The notes beneath the pieces were generated by a model. The model was not told the origin of the DNA. It did no database searches and was given only the letters and a program-made list of their open reading frames with translations. From NCBI RefSeq assembly GCF_008065095.1, contig NZ_CP042911.1, positions 2,310,001 through 2,342,000 of the forward strand: 32,000 nt of DNA. The letters are read 5' to 3'. The stretch is from Gemmata obscuriglobus. GTDB lineage: Bacteria; Planctomycetota; Planctomycetia; Gemmatales; Gemmataceae. Positions 29,771 through 32,000 of this stretch are shown piece by piece (within the stretch, counting starts at the first letter, position 1; each line of letters opens with the position of its first letter). The translations under genes were made by a program, and so were the position numbers.

Positions 29771-31285
29771 CTACCGCAGGAACAGGCGGTAGACGGGGTT
29801 CTCGGTTTCGTCGACCCATGGGTACCCCAGCGTGTCGGCGAACGCGCGGAACGCGGTCGCGTCGGGCACCTGGACGCCGACCAGGATGCGGCCGTAATCC
29901 GCCCCCTGGTTGCGGTAGTGGAACAGGCTGATGTTCCAGTCCGGGTGCATGCTCGTCAGGAACTTGACGAGCGCGCCGGGCCGCTCCGGGAACTGGAACC
30001 GGTACAGCCGCTCGCCGCTGGCCAGCGGGCTGGGGCCGCCAACCATGTGCCGGATGTGGTCCTTGGCCAGGTCGTCGTCCAGCAGGTCGAGGGCGGCGAA
30101 GCCGCTCTCGGTGAACGCCCGGCCGGTGGCCGCCGCTTCTCCCCGATCCGTCACCGCCAGGCCGACGAACACGTGCGCTACCCGCTCGTCGGAGATGCGG
30201 TAGTTGAACTCGGTCACGTTCCGCCGCCCGATCACCTCACACAGCCGTCGGAAGCTCCCGCGCTCTTCCGGGATGGTGACCGCGAACAGCGCCTCCCGCC
30301 CCTCGCCCGCTTCGGCCCGCTCGGCGACGAAGCGTAGGCGGTCGAAGTTCATGTTCGCCCCGCAGGTGACCGCCACCAGCGAGCCGATGTGTGGGCCGTG
30401 TTCGGCCGCGTACTGCTTGACGGCGGCCACCCCCATCGCTCCCGCCGGTTCGAGCACGGTGCGGGTGTCCTCGAACACGTCCTTGATCGCCGCACACACC
30501 GCGTCGGTGTCGACCTCGATGAACCCGTCGGCCAGTTCGCGGGCCAGCCGGAACGTCTCCTCGCCCACCTGCTTGACGGCCGTGCCGTCGGAGAACAGCC
30601 CCACGTCGTTGAGTCGGACCCGCTCCCCGCTACGGACGGAGCGGGCCATCGCGTCGGAGTCGGTCATCTGCACCCCGATCACCTTGATCTCGGGGCGCAC
30701 CGCCTTGACGTACGCCGCCACCCCGGCGAGCAACCCGCCGCCGCCGACCGCGACGAAGATCGCGTGGATCGGGTCCTGGTGCTGGCGGAGGATTTCCATC
30801 CCGACGGTGCCCTGGCCGGCGATCACGTCCGGGTCGTCGAAGGGGTGGACAAAGGTGAGCCCGTTGGCGGCGCCCAGTTCGGCCGCGTGCTGGTAGGCGT
30901 CGGAGTAGCTGTCGCCGTGCAGCACGACCTCGGCCCCGAACCCGCGGACCGCGTCGGACTTCAGCCGCGGGGTGGTGACCGGCATGACCACCACGGCCCG
31001 GCACCCGAGCCGGCGGGCGCTCAGTGCGACGCCCTGGGCGTGGTTCCCGGCGGACGCGCACACGACCCCGCGGGCCAACTGGTCGGCGGGCAGCCGAACC
31101 ATCTTGTTGTACGCCCCGCGGAGCTTGAAGCTGAACACCGGCTGCGTGTCTTCCCGCTTGAGCCAGACAGGTGTGCCGAGCCGGGCCGAGAGCTTCTCCG
31201 CGCGCTCCAAAGGGGTCTCGACCGCGACATCGTAGACGCGCGCGGTCAAAATCCGCTGCAGGTATTCCCAGAGGCGAACGTCCAT
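29771..31285 (-). CDS. ilvA: Threonine ammonia-lyase, biosynthetic (threonine dehydratase)
   Basis: Starts at ATG 31285 (MDVRLWEYLQRIL). PLP-lysine motif: FSFKLRGAYN. Glycine-rich PLP loop: VAVGGGGL. The ~170-aa C-terminal regulatory region has two ACT-like repeats. Total length is 504 aa. Confidence 0.9.
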   Translation of the reverse strand: MDVRLWEYLQRILTARVYDVAVETPLERAEKLSARLGTPVWLKREDTQPVFSFKLRGAYNKMVRLPADQLARGVVCASAGNHAQGVALSARRLGCRAVVVMPVTTPRLKSDAVRGFGAEVVLHGDSYSDAYQHAAELGAANGLTFVHPFDDPDVIAGQGTVGMEILRQHQDPIHAIFVAVGGGGLLAGVAAYVKAVRPEIKVIGVQMTDSDAMARSVRSGERVRLNDVGLFSDGTAVKQVGEETFRLARELADGFIEVDTDAVCAAIKDVFEDTRTVLEPAGAMGVAAVKQYAAEHGPHIGSLVAVTCGANMNFDRLRFVAERAEAGEGREALFAVTIPEERGSFRRLCEVIGRRNVTEFNYRISDERVAHVFVGLAVTDRGEAAATGRAFTESGFAALDLLDDDLAKDHIRHMVGGPSPLASGERLYRFQFPERPGALVKFLTSMHPDWNISLFHYRNQGADYGRILVGVQVPDATAFRAFADTLGYPWVDETENPVYRLFLR

Positions 31286-31421
31286 CCCAGCTCTTCCGAA
31301 AGAGGCCCCGTCGTCGCGGCGAGCGCCGCGTTCTGACCTAATAGGAAGGACCGCGCTGCGAACCACCCGCAAAGTCACTCGGCGGCAAAATAACGGTGCG
31401 CGGAGCCAGCACATAACACGT

Positions 31422-31452
31422 TCGGCCCGTTCGCGCGGGGCGAACGGGCCGA
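31422..31452. other. 13-bp perfect hairpin in the ilvA upstream region
   Basis: tcggcccgttcgc (31422..31434) pairs with gcgaacgggccga (31440..31452), with a 5-nt loop. Its function is unassigned. It could be a terminator for the upstream minus-strand gene or an ilvA leader structure. Confidence 0.35.
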
Positions 31453-31570
31453 GTCGTTACTTACACGGGCGAGACGGGCTTCAAACGTGGGCGCGAGGTA
31501 TTCGGTCTCGGCTACCGCTGCGGCCCGCACGGAAGAGATCCGTGCTTCGGTGCCCGTTTTGGATTTGCCT

Positions 31571-31638
31571 TTGTGGCACAGACATTCCTGCCTGTGCGGC
31601 CTTCTCGCGCCGCACAGACAGGAATGTCTGTGCCACAA
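31571..31638. repeat. REP-like palindrome, family copy 2
   Basis: 29-bp arms with one mismatch: ttgtggcacagacattcctgcctgtgcgg pairs with ccgcacagacaggaatgtctgtgccacaa, with a 10-nt loop. The core is the same as in copy 1 at 27266..27365. Confidence 0.75.
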
Positions 31639-31696
31639 GAAACAGACACAACCAGTCGGACTGTGAATGAGGAGAGCCGCGCTTCGGTGCCGGCGG

Positions 31697-32000
31697 CTAC
31701 TTCTTCTTCTTGAGCGTGTCTACCTTCTTGTCGGCGTCTTCGAGTTCCATTCCGTCTTCGCCCTTGAAGGTGACGGTCAGGTCCTGCTCGATCTTCTGCT
31801 CGTTCAGCGACAGTTTTAGGGCGATTTTTTTGCCCGTGAGCTTGTAGGTGCCGTCGAGCTTCAAGTCCTTGCCCTCGTTGTTGATCGTCACCAACAGCTT
31901 TCCATCTTTGGCGAACTCGATCACCGTTCCGACGGGCGTGTCACTGGCGGATTTCGTCACCTCCCACTTGCCGAGCAGCTTGGGGGTGTCGTCGGCTTTC
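31697..32000 (-). CDS. Small K-rich lipocalin-like protein (5' end probably outside the window)
   Basis: The frame stays open upstream of the reported GTG through the window edge (..KADDTPKLLGKWEVTKSASDTPVGTVIEFAKDGKLLVTINNEGKDLKLDGTYKL..KKKK). The GKWEV...EF.KDGK pattern resembles the small Gemmata paralogous family and lipocalin-like domains. Confidence 0.5.
   Translation of the reverse strand, partial: KADDTPKLLGKWEVTKSASDTPVGTVIEFAKDGKLLVTINNEGKDLKLDGTYKLTGKKIALKLSLNEQKIEQDLTVTFKGEDGMELEDADKKVDTLKKKK

Noticed and set aside
1-32000. tRNA, rRNA, prophage or integrative-element boundaries
   Set aside because: No cloverleaf-compatible segments or rRNA-like stretches were seen in the intergenic regions. 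There are no integrase, transposase, phage structural or conjugation genes. Apart from the small spacers noted, GC-richness looks uniform, so there is no evidence that the window is a horizontally acquired island.

Overview
The window is visibly GC-rich (about two-thirds G+C by eye, not computed) and densely coding. Its gene content looks like a Gemmata-type planctomycete chromosome: ECF sigma factors fused to a transmembrane segment and large C-terminal domains, lineage-specific secreted paralogs, a small K-rich lipocalin-like paralog, and GC-rich palindromic repeat families. I support 21 CDS. In order they are: a topA 3' fragment, an Rpn/DUF4351-like nuclease, a membrane protein, an MFS transporter, two paralogous secreted proteins, a small molybdopterin oxidoreductase plus flavin reductase pair, two small proteins, a CRTAC1/ASPIC-UnbV protein, an M14 carboxypeptidase-DPP4 fusion, ECF sigma number 1, three tandem Clp/Hsp100-like double-AAA+ genes, ECF sigma number 2, a DUF3160-like protein, ilvA, and a partial small gene at the right edge. 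I found no rRNA, tRNA, CRISPR array, integrase or transposase. The main finding is the block 15998..25468 on the minus strand, which holds three paralogous ClpA-like ATPases. Their first AAA+ module has lost its catalytic residues, while the second is canonical. All three share an unassigned N-terminal domain. The two larger genes also carry a C-terminal extension that, by manual alignment, resembles a class-I peptide release factor (domains 1, 2 and 4) with the GGQ domain 3 removed. The block lies between two membrane-tethered ECF sigma genes. It also contains unusual DNA structures: an in-frame 105-bp palindromic insertion in one gene, a 185-bp element with 60-bp inverted termini between two genes, and an A/T-rich repeat spacer. 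All homology statements come from reading the translations by eye. No database search was run.
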